A DNA stretch of 64,000 nucleotides from positions 1 through 64,000 of the IMG/VR virus record IMGVR_UViG_3300017917_001903; one strand, given 5' to 3'. The DNA is from a virus. This document shows positions 37,280 to 46,848 of this stretch, piece after piece. The notes under the pieces are model-generated. The model was not told the DNA's origin. It made no database searches and saw nothing but the letters and a program-made list of their open reading frames with translations. Made by a program: the position numbers and the translations under genes. Positions within the stretch are counted from its first letter, which is position 1, and every line of letters begins with the position of its first letter.

Positions 37280-37644
37280 TGAACGAGATTGAACGCTTAC
37301 AACATCTAGCTGGCATTATGCCAAGAACTATTGCCCTAGAAGCAGAAGAACCAAACACTGGCGATCAAGTTGTAAAAACTGTAGTTGGTCACGAAGACGA
37401 TGAACCTGGTATGATTCGTCAAGAGCTATTTAAGATTGGCAAGTATGCAGTTGAGCTTTACAAGATGCTAGGTACTGTGCCAGATGGAGACTTGCCACAA
37501 TGGTGGACTGCTAAGATTGTTAAGGCTGGTGAGTTCATGGATTCAGCTAAACACTATCTAGAAGCAGAACTCGAAGCACCTGATGCAGAAGTAAGTGTTA
37601 CTCCTGATGTAGAGGACAACACCGATCCTAGCGGTGTTAGTTAA
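37279..37644 (+). CDS. acidic late hypothetical protein
   Basis: RLQHLAGI start; coupled to upstream gene. Confidence 0.7.
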   Translation: MNEIERLQHLAGIMPRTIALEAEEPNTGDQVVKTVVGHEDDEPGMIRQELFKIGKYAVELYKMLGTVPDGDLPQWWTAKIVKAGEFMDSAKHYLEAELEAPDAEVSVTPDVEDNTDPSGVS

Positions 37645-38488
37645 GCCAACTAGTATTAAGAACTAATTGTTCAGCATAAACGGGCCAGAAGCGACCAGCT
37701 CTAGGCCCGTTATTTTTTCTCCCATCGCTTTCACCTGGGATTTTAATCCACAAGTAAGCATCGCATAGTGTATGCCCGGTATTAGTTGTTGGTGCTTGCC
37801 CAATAGCACGACCTGGTGGATTGCACCATTCATTACCATATGGGCCATTTCCATTGCGACTAGTATCTACTACATAGTGTTTGCAGTTAGCATATTCGCT
37901 TACACGCTCTGCCCACTTAACAGACTCTGCTGTGGTGCGGAAGTTACTTACATTAACGCTAAAGCCTCGCACCATAGGATTGCTGACTGTGTTCAACAGT
38001 TTACCTGCTGTTTCAGGATCAAGCCAATTGCTGTGGCCTATGTCTACATATACCAGTGCATTGGTACGCTCTGTGAGAATTAGCAATGCTTGACGCATCA
38101 GGTCGTAACGCCACAGTGCTTCAGCAGGATCCATCTCTGTACTGTGAGGTAACGCATCTGGTTCAAAGATAACAATGGGTGCAAGTTCTCCTACACCTAG
38201 TGCAAAACTTTCAATGAACTCTAAGTAACTGGCAGCACTGCCTGCGCCGCCTTTGCTATACTGCCCCATGTCTCGGTTAGGGAGGTTGTACAGCACAAAC
38301 ACAGGAAGGCTTGGCAATGTTCTGCGGAACAATCTTGCCAAGCTCTTTTCTAAATGTTTAACAGGTTTGCCGTTCCTTTGACCGTACCAGAATGCAACCG
38401 GATGCTTAAATATCTTTCTTACTAAAGGATACTTTTTGGCATGGTCTCGCACACGGTCAAAGTTGTTAACATAAAACGGATAGTCCAT
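37637..38488 (-). CDS. glycoside hydrolase family 6 (endoglucanase-like)
   Basis: YNLPNRD, EPDAL, DTSRNG, WCNPPG, WIKIPGESDG. Confidence 0.9.
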   Translation of the reverse strand: MDYPFYVNNFDRVRDHAKKYPLVRKIFKHPVAFWYGQRNGKPVKHLEKSLARLFRRTLPSLPVFVLYNLPNRDMGQYSKGGAGSAASYLEFIESFALGVGELAPIVIFEPDALPHSTEMDPAEALWRYDLMRQALLILTERTNALVYVDIGHSNWLDPETAGKLLNTVSNPMVRGFSVNVSNFRTTAESVKWAERVSEYANCKHYVVDTSRNGNGPYGNEWCNPPGRAIGQAPTTNTGHTLCDAYLWIKIPGESDGRKNNGPRAGRFWPVYAEQLVLNTSWLN

Positions 38489-38494
38489 TGCATA

Positions 38495-39085
38495 TTACTT
38501 TATGCGGCGCTCAATCTTTTTGAATCGCTTATCGCGCTTTTCCTTTGCACGACGAAGTTTGAAATCACTGACAATGTCAATAAAGTTTACACCTTGTAGG
38601 TGATCGTACTCGTGAAGGAAACAACGTGCATCAATCCCGTCCAACCACATTTCAACTTGAGTTTCACCGTCGTTTTTATAAAAACGAACTTTGATTTTTG
38701 CAGGACGTTTGATATGAATGTAGAGAAGTGGCCAAGTTAAACAGCCCTCCTCAATGTCTACTTCACCTTCAGTTTCTACAATCTCAGGCTTGTACACGCC
38801 AATGTCGCCCAAGAAGCTATGGCGCATAACAAACATATTGTAACTACTGCCCACTTGAGGTGCAGCCAAGCCTACACCTAGGTTAGCATGCATGAGCTTA
38901 ATCATTTCCTGTTCGCGATCAGCCCAATCAATGTCTCCCGAAAAAGGATCCACAGATGCACTCTTATGGAGGGCAGGATGATTTGGTTCTACCAAAGAAC
39001 ATTGCCAGTCCTCTACAAGGAAATCTCCTAGTGAGATATCTGAGCTACTAGCGTACTTATCGTAAGGGTTGTATTGTTTAATCAT
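38495..39085 (-). CDS. def: peptide deformylase
   Basis: GVGLAAPQVG, EGCL, HEYDHLQG. Confidence 0.95.
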   Translation of the reverse strand: MIKQYNPYDKYASSSDISLGDFLVEDWQCSLVEPNHPALHKSASVDPFSGDIDWADREQEMIKLMHANLGVGLAAPQVGSSYNMFVMRHSFLGDIGVYKPEIVETEGEVDIEEGCLTWPLLYIHIKRPAKIKVRFYKNDGETQVEMWLDGIDARCFLHEYDHLQGVNFIDIVSDFKLRRAKEKRDKRFKKIERRIK

Positions 39086-39129
39086 ACGTATATTTAATGC
39101 TGTTGAAATCTAGAGCAATAAAATACTGA

Positions 39130-39480
39130 CTATACAATAACAGTTTTTTGTTTGCCCATGCCTTCACCAAATAGCTTAACGCCACGCTTACGGATCATAT
39201 CTGCACACATTTGTGGACTAGCTTCCCACATGTCGCGCCAATCCTGCTCAGTGATACCCGGGTCGCAGTCTACAGCATATACTTCGTAGAACCGTTGAGC
39301 ATTGAACCGAGCTCGCATGAGTATAGCATTGAGCGTACTGTTGAGTGGATTAGGCTTGGTACTCTTACCTTGTAGTACTTCAAACGCACATGTAGTTTCC
39401 CAATCCTCGTATTGTGTGATTGGGATAATGGCTTCAACGCCTGTGCAGTCCCAACTCATTAAGAAAGCATTAACAGTCAC
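39130..39480 (-). CDS. hypothetical protein
   Basis: coupled ORF. Confidence 0.7.
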   Translation of the reverse strand: MTVNAFLMSWDCTGVEAIIPITQYEDWETTCAFEVLQGKSTKPNPLNSTLNAILMRARFNAQRFYEVYAVDCDPGITEQDWRDMWEASPQMCADMIRKRGVKLFGEGMGKQKTVIV

Positions 39481-39679
39481 GATTTTTCCAAGTCATTGTA
39501 AAGAATGCCGCATCAGCACTAGAATCAAATTTATATACTGCTAGTTCATCAGCACTAGGACTAAATTCGTGTATGTCGCAAATAGTTACACCTTGATAGC
39601 TAGAGCAACAGTCCCGAGCCCAACGATCGGCAGCACCAAAATTTTTGCATTCGCCATCGTCTAAATATACTTCAATCAT
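39470..39679 (-). CDS. hypothetical protein
   Basis: coupled ORF. Confidence 0.65.
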   Translation of the reverse strand: MIEVYLDDGECKNFGAADRWARDCCSSYQGVTICDIHEFSPSADELAVYKFDSSADAAFFTMTWKNRDC

Positions 39680-39912
39680 TTATCTACTAACATCTTATTT
39701 GGATTTTTAACACACATAACTTCATACAGTTCGCGGTAGTCAGGCCAGCCCTTTTCTCCGTTGCTTTCCTTAAAGGCTTTTACATTATCGCAATAGACTT
39801 GTTCTTCGCGCTGTGCATCCTCGTAGTCTGTTCTACCAGCAAGCCCTGCTAGCATAACAAAAACAACAAAACCAACACCGACCCAAAACCAATTGATATT
39901 TTTATTAGTCAT
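39676..39912 (-). CDS. small membrane-anchored protein
   Basis: N-terminal hydrophobic helix. Confidence 0.7.
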   Translation of the reverse strand: MTNKNINWFWVGVGFVVFVMLAGLAGRTDYEDAQREEQVYCDNVKAFKESNGEKGWPDYRELYEVMCVKNPNKMLVDK

Positions 39913-39924
39913 GTTTAATATCCT

Positions 39925-40317
39925 TTAAACCATTGTTAAGTGTTTACAGGTCTTACGGAAACCAAAGCCAGGACATGTGCAACTAGAGCGGCTTCCCTCC
40001 TTAATAACTGTATAAGTGTTACCCTTAGATCCTGCTACTGTACGCTCAATACGCTCCACCTTGGGCAGAGGTTTAAACTTTACTTCAGCACCATTTACCT
40101 CAAGAATGCGTTCGCGACGAATGCGTCGGAAAGGAAAGTCCGGGTTACCAGTTGTGATACCAATCTCATCATCAGCAAACCATTTCTCACGCATAATAGT
40201 GCCGGTATAGTAATTGTACTGCTGACTAACCACACCGGTAGCGTAAAGATGCCGGCTGGGCCAGAGAATGTTCTCTACCTTAATAGTAACAGTATTACCA
40301 ATTGCCAGCTGATCCAT
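39925..40317 (-). CDS. SWIM zinc finger protein
   Basis: GSKGNTYTV...CTCPGF...CKH. Confidence 0.8.
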   Translation of the reverse strand: MDQLAIGNTVTIKVENILWPSRHLYATGVVSQQYNYYTGTIMREKWFADDEIGITTGNPDFPFRRIRRERILEVNGAEVKFKPLPKVERIERTVAGSKGNTYTVIKEGSRSSCTCPGFGFRKTCKHLTMV

Positions 40318-40321
40318 ATCT

Positions 40322-40462
40322 TTAGCCCTGTACAATTAATTCTGCTCGACGCACACCGGTGCTACGACTTATACGATTGTAAAAACCTTTTGCCGCTACA
40401 TAGGTGTCGAAGCTCTTGCTTTGACGAGCGTAATTGTAATAGCTGTATGTCACAGTATACAT
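40322..40462 (-). CDS. 46-aa hypothetical protein, not in ORF track
   Basis: MYTVTYSYYNY..., GGAG RBS, TAATG coupling. Confidence 0.6.
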   Translation of the reverse strand: MYTVTYSYYNYARQSKSFDTYVAAKGFYNRISRSTGVRRAELIVQG

Positions 40463-40809
40463 TATGCAATCTCCTTAAAGCCAAAACGGTCAACCATAAC
40501 ACTACGACCTTCTTCGTCAACGATAATGTCGCCAACACTCACGCTGTGCATGCGGGCAAGTCGCGTAATGCTTTCTTCGGGACCAATGTTACCAACGTCA
40601 AACGCACGGTTCAAGTTGTCTGCTTCAATGATGCATACGGGCTTGTAAAACTCACTGTACTCGGGCTTGTAACCATCACTGCCCTTGAACATTGTGTCCA
40701 TATATGCACGATATTCGGGGAAAGCCTGAGCCGCTTCTTCATGACCCAAACGGTTTACTTGGTCGTAAACGCGATCTGCGATCTGGATTTGCTTTACGGT
40801 GAATTTCAT
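40462..40809 (-). CDS. YodL-like early protein
   Basis: MHSVSVGDIIV. Confidence 0.7.
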   Translation of the reverse strand: MKFTVKQIQIADRVYDQVNRLGHEEAAQAFPEYRAYMDTMFKGSDGYKPEYSEFYKPVCIIEADNLNRAFDVGNIGPEESITRLARMHSVSVGDIIVDEEGRSVMVDRFGFKEIA

Positions 40810-40880
40810 TTTCTGCCCTTTATCAAACACTATATGCATATAATAACATCTTATGCCCAATTGTCAACCATTTTTTGGTC

Positions 40881-41150
40881 TTAGGCTATTTCTTCGCCCC
40901 ACTCGTAAAACGTAACGCTGGGGTCGAGCTTCTTAAGTTGCTTTGCCGCACCCATTAGTTCGCGATAGCGACGGTTAACTTCTGCACGGGGCAGTTCGCC
41001 ATCACAGGTTAGGTTCTCGGGACTAAGTGCGGCATCGATCATATCAGCAACACGCTGGCGACCTTGCGCGGTCTTGATTTCGTACTGTTCGCCGTTGAAA
41101 AAGCTGTTCCAGTGATTTTTCTGGGCGATAAACGTTTGCAGTGCTTTCAT
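40881..41150 (-). CDS. hypothetical early protein
   Basis: LSPENLTCDGE; AAGGAG RBS. Confidence 0.75.
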   Translation of the reverse strand: MKALQTFIAQKNHWNSFFNGEQYEIKTAQGRQRVADMIDAALSPENLTCDGELPRAEVNRRYRELMGAAKQLKKLDPSVTFYEWGEEIA

Positions 41151-41299
41151 CTTTAACTCCTTATTTCTTACTATATACATAGTATAGCACAAATAAGAAA
41201 AAGGTCAACCGCCTATAAGTTGTTGATTTACAACAGAAAAACCCTGCTAAAAGTGTGGGTTTTTTACAAATAACCACAAAATAAGCAGGGTTTTAACGT

Positions 41300-41674
41300 T
41301 TATGCTAGGGGAATTTCGATTAAATCATGTTCGCGATCAATATACTTCATCTGCACATTAACCGGATCAAACTCCTGGATAGCGTTAACTACATCATACG
41401 GGTCTAACGTACTACATGTATAAACATCTAGTTGCATTAGGGCAGGTTCTTCCTCGTCCCAAACATGCATTGCTATATGACTAGTCTCAATAATAGTTAC
41501 CGCTGTGAGTCCTCTGTTGCCTACCATTTCGCTGTAAACAGAATACGGACCCATTAAGATTTTCATATCAATTTTTGCTACTAGCGTTCTCATCCATTCA
41601 TTAATGGCTTCTGAACATTTTGGCGGATTATTCAATTCAGCACGTACAATTAAGTGCTTATGAAATAATGCCAT
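41300..41674 (-). CDS. speD: S-adenosylmethionine decarboxylase proenzyme
   Basis: HKHLI, ETSHIAMHVW, LDVYTC. Confidence 0.85.
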   Translation of the reverse strand: MALFHKHLIVRAELNNPPKCSEAINEWMRTLVAKIDMKILMGPYSVYSEMVGNRGLTAVTIIETSHIAMHVWDEEEPALMQLDVYTCSTLDPYDVVNAIQEFDPVNVQMKYIDREHDLIEIPLA

Positions 41675-41688
41675 CTACCTATACCTCT

Positions 41689-41871
41689 CTATTGATCAAT
41701 TTTTAGTAATTCAATATCACCCTTTACTCTACGCCACTTTACAAAATTATTCTTAATCATCAAGTCTATAGTAATTGATGAGCCGCGTCTAACACCGTAA
41801 CTAAAGCCAAAGTGTAAGCCTACTAGTGTGCCAACGATGTACCCAACAATTAATACTAGTTCTACAGACAT
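41689..41871 (-). CDS. small membrane protein
   Basis: hydrophobic N-terminus. Confidence 0.55.
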   Translation of the reverse strand: MSVELVLIVGYIVGTLVGLHFGFSYGVRRGSSITIDLMIKNNFVKWRRVKGDIELLKIDQ

Positions 41872-41906
41872 CAGTTAAATCCTTCAGTGAGTTTTATTTA
41901 TATCAT

Positions 41907-42656
41907 TTAGTCCCAGAGGTTCTCATAATAACGACCAAAAAGTCTAAAGCCATTGCTGATACGCTTCTGGTAAGCCTTCAGTCCCTTCATGTCAACCTTG
42001 TGTGTATCATTAGGTCCTTTGACCAGTTGATATAACTTAGGCTTGCCGTTCTCATCAAACTCAGTTGCTTTGCTAACAAAATCATACTCACCAGTGTAGA
42101 ACTGATCTTCCCATTTACCTTCATCTAGTTTACTGCGGAAGGCAAAGATCATTTCGTCAAGCACCCACTCCCAACGCTTAAAGTGCAAGTCATCTACAGC
42201 ACCACAGTCTTTGTCCTTTTCACTTAGTGGAGGTGCGCTGGTGCTACGCAATTCCTTGGGCACATCCTTGTCGTCTACAAAAGGTGCGCCATGCTTAGTC
42301 TTTTGCAGTTGCTCTAGCATAGGCAATACAATATATGCTAGAGTATGATCCATACTCCAGGTATCCCAACGGTCAATATGTACTTGTAACTTACGCTTCT
42401 TCTTGCTGTCCACCCATAGTAGAAACTTGTAAAGCCAAGTGGTTGGGCGATCGTCTCTCCATTGACTGATTGGATTCTCTGGTGTAGGGTCAGGTAGAAC
42501 GCTACCATGTGCAAGCCATTCGCCAAAGTCGTGAACCCAATCAGGCTTGCTTTCAATACCCCATTCGTCTTTGACTGGCTTGGCCCAGAAGCAGAGCAGT
42601 TCTGCTAGCTGGTATGGACCAAACCAATTCTTATATGGTCCAATTTTAACTTTCAT
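41907..42656 (-). CDS. conserved phage hypothetical protein
   Basis: DTWSMDHTLA...WVLDEMIFAF...LFGRYYENLWD. Confidence 0.8.
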   Translation of the reverse strand: MKVKIGPYKNWFGPYQLAELLCFWAKPVKDEWGIESKPDWVHDFGEWLAHGSVLPDPTPENPISQWRDDRPTTWLYKFLLWVDSKKKRKLQVHIDRWDTWSMDHTLAYIVLPMLEQLQKTKHGAPFVDDKDVPKELRSTSAPPLSEKDKDCGAVDDLHFKRWEWVLDEMIFAFRSKLDEGKWEDQFYTGEYDFVSKATEFDENGKPKLYQLVKGPNDTHKVDMKGLKAYQKRISNGFRLFGRYYENLWD

Positions 42657-43110
42657 TTTGTTGTTCCTTAGTAAGTTTGCATACTGCAATGAAGTAGTCA
42701 AATGCATCACGTACATTAGGGTTCTGCATCAGCTTATTAGCTTCTTCCATCATTGCATCAATGCCAGCCTCTGCAATATCGCGCATACTTGAACCTTGCA
42801 GTGTAGCAAGTTCGTCGCCAAATGCTTCAGCAAGTTTCTTCCATGCACGTTGCTGTGCTGGAGTGATAGGTGTCTTAGCTGGACGAAGTTCGCTGGCCTT
42901 GTGCATAGCTTTACACATTGCATCTTCTGCAACACGGCCAGCGGCAATCATTGCCGCATAGTTAGGGTCAATGTTGAAACGACGACTTGATCCGCCTGGG
43001 TATACCATAACCAAATGATTACCCTTTGGAAACGCATCTAGAAGATCATTGTCATATTCGCTTACAGGAATATAACGACGACCCACCTTTTCGTAAAAAA
43101 TCTTTTTCAT
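42646..43110 (-). CDS. hypothetical protein
   Basis: coupled ORF. Confidence 0.75.
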   Translation of the reverse strand: MKKIFYEKVGRRYIPVSEYDNDLLDAFPKGNHLVMVYPGGSSRRFNIDPNYAAMIAAGRVAEDAMCKAMHKASELRPAKTPITPAQQRAWKKLAEAFGDELATLQGSSMRDIAEAGIDAMMEEANKLMQNPNVRDAFDYFIAVCKLTKEQQNES

Positions 43111-43120
43111 GTGAAACCCG

Positions 43121-43363
43121 TTAGGCATTTGTTAGTTTGAGATTTAATACAAAGTTTTCAACAAGTAGTTTAGTCAATGATGCAAGTGCAACAGTAAATT
43201 GTTCATCCTTGGGTACTTGGCTAAACAATTCTAGAAGATGTGAAGCCATAAGTGCATATGCTTCATCTTCGCCAATGTTGAGCATACCCCAATCAATGGG
43301 GTCTCCTAGTTCAACCTCTTTTGCAAGGCTTACTAAATCAGCTAATGTTAGAGGTTGCGACAT
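43121..43363 (-). CDS. hypothetical protein
   Basis: coupled ORF. Confidence 0.7.
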   Translation of the reverse strand: MSQPLTLADLVSLAKEVELGDPIDWGMLNIGEDEAYALMASHLLELFSQVPKDEQFTVALASLTKLLVENFVLNLKLTNA

Positions 43364-43706
43364 TGTTTTCCTTTGCTTTACGATTACGAACTGTCCACGG
43401 ATCTCGGGTTACTAGTAAACGATCAAACGCTTTGCGGACGATAGCATCCTGCTCTTGTTCGCTGTATTCGCCATTACCACGACGATGCGCATAACTCCAA
43501 GAGCAGATGTTTTTAATTAAATCACCTACTACTTCGTGATCCATGACTACTTCTGCATTCATTTGAATCTTGTGTAGCAGTTGTTCATAGACCTGTACCT
43601 TTTCACGTAGCTCTATGAGCTCACCTGCGTAACGTTCAAGCTCGAGGTTCATCGTCTGGCTTCCCGTAATGAAATCCTTTTTCGTCCTCGTAACCTTCGG
43701 GCGCAC
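43338..43706 (-). CDS. hypothetical protein
   Basis: ORF; start uncertain. Confidence 0.65.
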   Translation of the reverse strand: MRPKVTRTKKDFITGSQTMNLELERYAGELIELREKVQVYEQLLHKIQMNAEVVMDHEVVGDLIKNICSWSYAHRRGNGEYSEQEQDAIVRKAFDRLLVTRDPWTVRNRKAKENNVATSNIS

Positions 43707-43774
43707 GGTAAATCAAAAAGATTACAAAGCCTGCGGCCAGTAAAAACATTCCAAGTGCAACTTCCCACATCATA

Positions 43775-43981
43775 TTACCAATTCTCCACTCCTGAGATTT
43801 CTACGCGAAACTCTCCCGCTGTATTATTAACTGTTAAAGGAAAGTCTGCCTCTAGAATATTGCCAATGCCATTACCTGCGCTTTGTCGCAGTGTAACAAA
43901 CTCGCTGTCAAAATCATTCATCAGCTTGATGATTTGCTCAAGCTCTGATTTTTGTAACAACATTTTTTTCATTTGCGGCAC
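43775..43981 (-). CDS. hypothetical protein
   Basis: ORF; start uncertain. Confidence 0.6.
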   Translation of the reverse strand: MPQMKKMLLQKSELEQIIKLMNDFDSEFVTLRQSAGNGIGNILEADFPLTVNNTAGEFRVEISGVENW

Positions 43982-44180
43982 TCATATATTTAGCGGTGAC
44001 ATACTTTGCAATCTTAGCATTAATCATTGCTGGGATTTCAATGTACGGAAATTCAATTTGAAACTTACAAGTCTCTAACCAACGACCTTGCTCTAAATAT
44101 ATAGCATACTCTTTCAAATGATCTTCATTTGCTGGGTCAAATTTAACTTTATTGCGGACTGCTAATGAACTATATGACAT
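43938..44180 (-). CDS. hypothetical protein
   Basis: GAGG RBS. Confidence 0.7.
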   Translation of the reverse strand: MSYSSLAVRNKVKFDPANEDHLKEYAIYLEQGRWLETCKFQIEFPYIEIPAMINAKIAKYVTAKYMSAANEKNVVTKIRA

Positions 44181-44271
44181 ATGCCCTCCTTAGGCAGTTA
44201 ACTAACCTTTGTCAATAAAAGTAAGGGGCGTTACCGCCCCCTACCAGTTGAAGTAACGTCAGTGTCACTAA

Positions 44272-44592
44272 TTACTCAGTAACAGCGGTCTCAACAGCAG
44301 GAGCCTGCGTTACAGGAGCCTGGTAGGACGGGAAAGCACGGATTGGTGACTTCTTGTCCCAACGCTTACCCTGGCGAACTTCAACAGTTACACCGCGGTC
44401 ACGCTGTGTGTTGATATAGAGCGCCATATCAACATCTTCCTCAAGATAAGAGCTCTTGCCCTTAGTGTATGAGAACGCAGTAATCTTATCCGCGATACCG
44501 AGCTCAGCAAGCTCGCGGGTCTTTACTGCAAGCCAGCCGTGACCAGCATCAGAGTGAAAAAACTTAACAACATTTGCCTTAGACTTTGCCAT
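44272..44592 (-). CDS. hypothetical early protein
   Basis: DAGHGWLAV...YLEEDVD. Confidence 0.8.
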   Translation of the reverse strand: MAKSKANVVKFFHSDAGHGWLAVKTRELAELGIADKITAFSYTKGKSSYLEEDVDMALYINTQRDRGVTVEVRQGKRWDKKSPIRAFPSYQAPVTQAPAVETAVTE

Positions 44593-44694
44593 GATGATAT
44601 TTCCTTTTAGGTTAAATTTAAAATTGTAACAACGTTACTTCAACTTCTCAACAACATACATAGTATAGCACTATGTTTCTTTTTGTCAACCGGT

Positions 44695-45147
44695 TTAGGA
44701 ACCAGTTGTCAAAATCAGGTTATTGCCGTCCTGCACAAATCCTTCAATGAAGACGTGATGATCGTCTCCGCTTTGACGGATACATGCATTAGCGGCCATG
44801 TATATAGCGGCCCAAGTAGAACCGTATACTGCACAATGTACAGGCTTTTCGCCCCAGTGATCCTTGTACACAACAAACACATCACCAGCGAAAGGGTGGC
44901 GTTCGTTCAAATTCTCGATCTCGTAAACGCTCCAAATAGCGTCAAGACCAAGATCCTTGCGGACGCTTGCATAGTGATCTGACTTGCGCTCAAAGTCGCT
45001 ACGTTCTTGCTCGTATGCACCCTTGAGCGCACCGCGAATAGTCTCAACAAGCTCGCTTACCTTAGGATTGTCTAAACAATCCAAATAGTAGAGGCTGTTA
45101 TGGAGTGTCTTAAACTCTTCAGCTTTCAGTGTTACATCGCAGTTCAT
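44695..45147 (-). CDS. hypothetical early protein
   Basis: SGDDHHVFIEGF; RBS and promoter upstream. Confidence 0.75.
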   Translation of the reverse strand: MNCDVTLKAEEFKTLHNSLYYLDCLDNPKVSELVETIRGALKGAYEQERSDFERKSDHYASVRKDLGLDAIWSVYEIENLNERHPFAGDVFVVYKDHWGEKPVHCAVYGSTWAAIYMAANACIRQSGDDHHVFIEGFVQDGNNLILTTGS

Positions 45148-45224
45148 ATCAGTCCTTTATCAAACACTATATGTATATTATACCGGAATTTCGCAAAAGG
45201 TCAACCACTTGTAAGTTGTTGTTT

Positions 45225-45479
45225 TTACACAACAATTTTAGCGACCCCGTACAGCAAAAAGCCCAAACATACAGCATTCACCAAAAAAAGTGCGGATTCG
45301 CGCATTTTGTAAGCAGCCACTAACCACAAAAACGTGCCCAGTGCGCCAGCAACAAGATCAATGTTATGGTACTCAAAAGCACGGGCGGCAGTAGCAACAA
45401 TAATCAGTGCCGTAGCACCCCACTTAATACCATTCAATGCACTATCCTTCTTTCTCACTATATACATAGTATAGCACAT
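45225..45479 (-). CDS. small membrane protein
   Basis: three hydrophobic segments; true start probably downstream of the track start. Confidence 0.6.
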   Translation of the reverse strand: MCYTMYIVRKKDSALNGIKWGATALIIVATAARAFEYHNIDLVAGALGTFLWLVAAYKMRESALFLVNAVCLGFLLYGVAKIVV

Positions 45480-45524
45480 AGCAGGAAAAGGTCAACCGGT
45501 TTTTGACCAAAAAGAAACCCTTGC

Positions 45525-45562
45525 AAATCAATGACTTACAAGGGTCGCTAAGTTGTTGATTT
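45525..45562. repeat. inverted pair of the dispersed TAAGT(TG/CA)TTGATTT motif
   Basis: AAATCAATGACTTA-N10-TAAGTTGTTGATTT. Confidence 0.65.
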
Positions 45563-45570
45563 TATTAGGT

Positions 45571-45789
45571 TTATTTTAGCGGCTTTTTAAGCCCAATTTG
45601 TTGTGTTTTTACAACACGCATAATCAGGAAAAACGCTGAAATAAGCAATTGTAGCAGAACAAACCAACCAAACCCAATATGGAAACCATCAATAATCCAT
45701 ACAGCTAGTGCTACTGCTAAACTAACTGCACAGCTCTTGGCTAATATAGCCCACACTTCTTGCATATTATTAAATCTCCAGTACTTCAA
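45571..45789 (-). CDS. small membrane protein
   Basis: two hydrophobic segments. Confidence 0.55.
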   Translation of the reverse strand: MKYWRFNNMQEVWAILAKSCAVSLAVALAVWIIDGFHIGFGWFVLLQLLISAFFLIMRVVKTQQIGLKKPLK

Positions 45790-46588
45790 ATTTGTCTAGG
45801 ATTGAGTAAAAGTTAAAATTGTAAAACTTGTGTTTCAACGGCTTTACACGACAACGTAGTGTAATTGGTCTAGATGCAATCACAGATAAGAACGGAATCA
45901 GCGAATTCTTAAGTTCTGTTGCCAACGAATAAAGATATCCGTTAGAATCAGTAAAATAAAATTGATGTACCTTTTGATGCCGCCTATCAACCTTAACTTG
46001 ATCAACTAGGTTAAGTGTAACTACCTTAAACTCAGATACATTGCCACTGTCGGTTTCTGCGGAAGATACACTCTTATACTCACTAGTGAGCTTTTCAAGT
46101 TTAATATCTTCATTATAGAAGCTGGGCAGTTTAATCAGCATTGGCATAAAACTGCGCTTAGTTTGGCACATGTCTAGCAGAGCTAGTGCCATGATAAGAT
46201 CGCTACGATAGTCACTGCGCCGACGCTTTGAACTAAGAGTGTCAGTGATAATCTTAGCCCTATAGTACTCTTTAATCTCATCAGCTAGCTTAATGTTATC
46301 CTCTGAAATCTTTAGATCAGTTACAGATTCAACATGCATAGCATCAACGATTTCCCAAGTCTGCCTACCATTTTCTAGTAACTGAAGGATGACTGCTAGT
46401 GGAGAAACAATATAATTAAGTACTGTTTCGTTGGTGTCTTTCTTACGTTTCCATGGCGATTCGTTTAGGATATCCCCTAGTGAAAATGTGTCCACAGTAT
46501 CAGACGATCCAAGAGTAATTGTATTCATGTTATCAAATACGATAGTAGGACTGTCGCTTATTGAAATAGTGTAATCGTCGTCACCCAT
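45770..46588 (-). CDS. hypothetical protein
   Basis: 272-aa ORF with RBS. Confidence 0.75.
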   Translation of the reverse strand: MGDDDYTISISDSPTIVFDNMNTITLGSSDTVDTFSLGDILNESPWKRKKDTNETVLNYIVSPLAVILQLLENGRQTWEIVDAMHVESVTDLKISEDNIKLADEIKEYYRAKIITDTLSSKRRRSDYRSDLIMALALLDMCQTKRSFMPMLIKLPSFYNEDIKLEKLTSEYKSVSSAETDSGNVSEFKVVTLNLVDQVKVDRRHQKVHQFYFTDSNGYLYSLATELKNSLIPFLSVIASRPITLRCRVKPLKHKFYNFNFYSILDKFEVLEI

Positions 46589-46613
46589 GTGTGTGTGTCC
46601 TATAAAATAAAAA

Positions 46614-46697
46614 TGGTACGGATGGCCGGACTCGAACCGGCACGGATCAACCGAGGGATTTTAAGTCCCTTGCGTCTACCAATTTCGCCACACCCGC
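46614..46697 (-). tRNA. tRNA-Leu(TAA)
   Basis: cloverleaf, encoded CCA. Confidence 0.95.
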
Positions 46698-46715
46698 ATA
46701 TAAACATTCAACTCT

Positions 46716-46823
46716 TAAACTAGACCCCGCACTCGTTTTGTCGAGTTGTATCTACTGATACTGCACCTCACGAAGCCGCCCCTTTAAGAGGTTTTCAACA
46801 CTCTATCAGCCCCGTCTAGTTTA
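46716..46823 (-). ncRNA. stem-enclosed structured RNA between tRNA-Arg and tRNA-Leu
   Basis: 10-bp terminal repeat TAAACTAGAC/GTCTAGTTTA, internal hairpins. Confidence 0.5.
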
Positions 46824-46848
46824 TGCCCTCGTCTTTCCCTCTGTAATC

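Noticed and set aside
40331-40438. 8-bp inverted repeat TACAATTA/TAATTGTA as another stem-enclosed RNA
   Set aside because: Better explained by a coupled 46-aa ORF (40322-40462) with an RBS.
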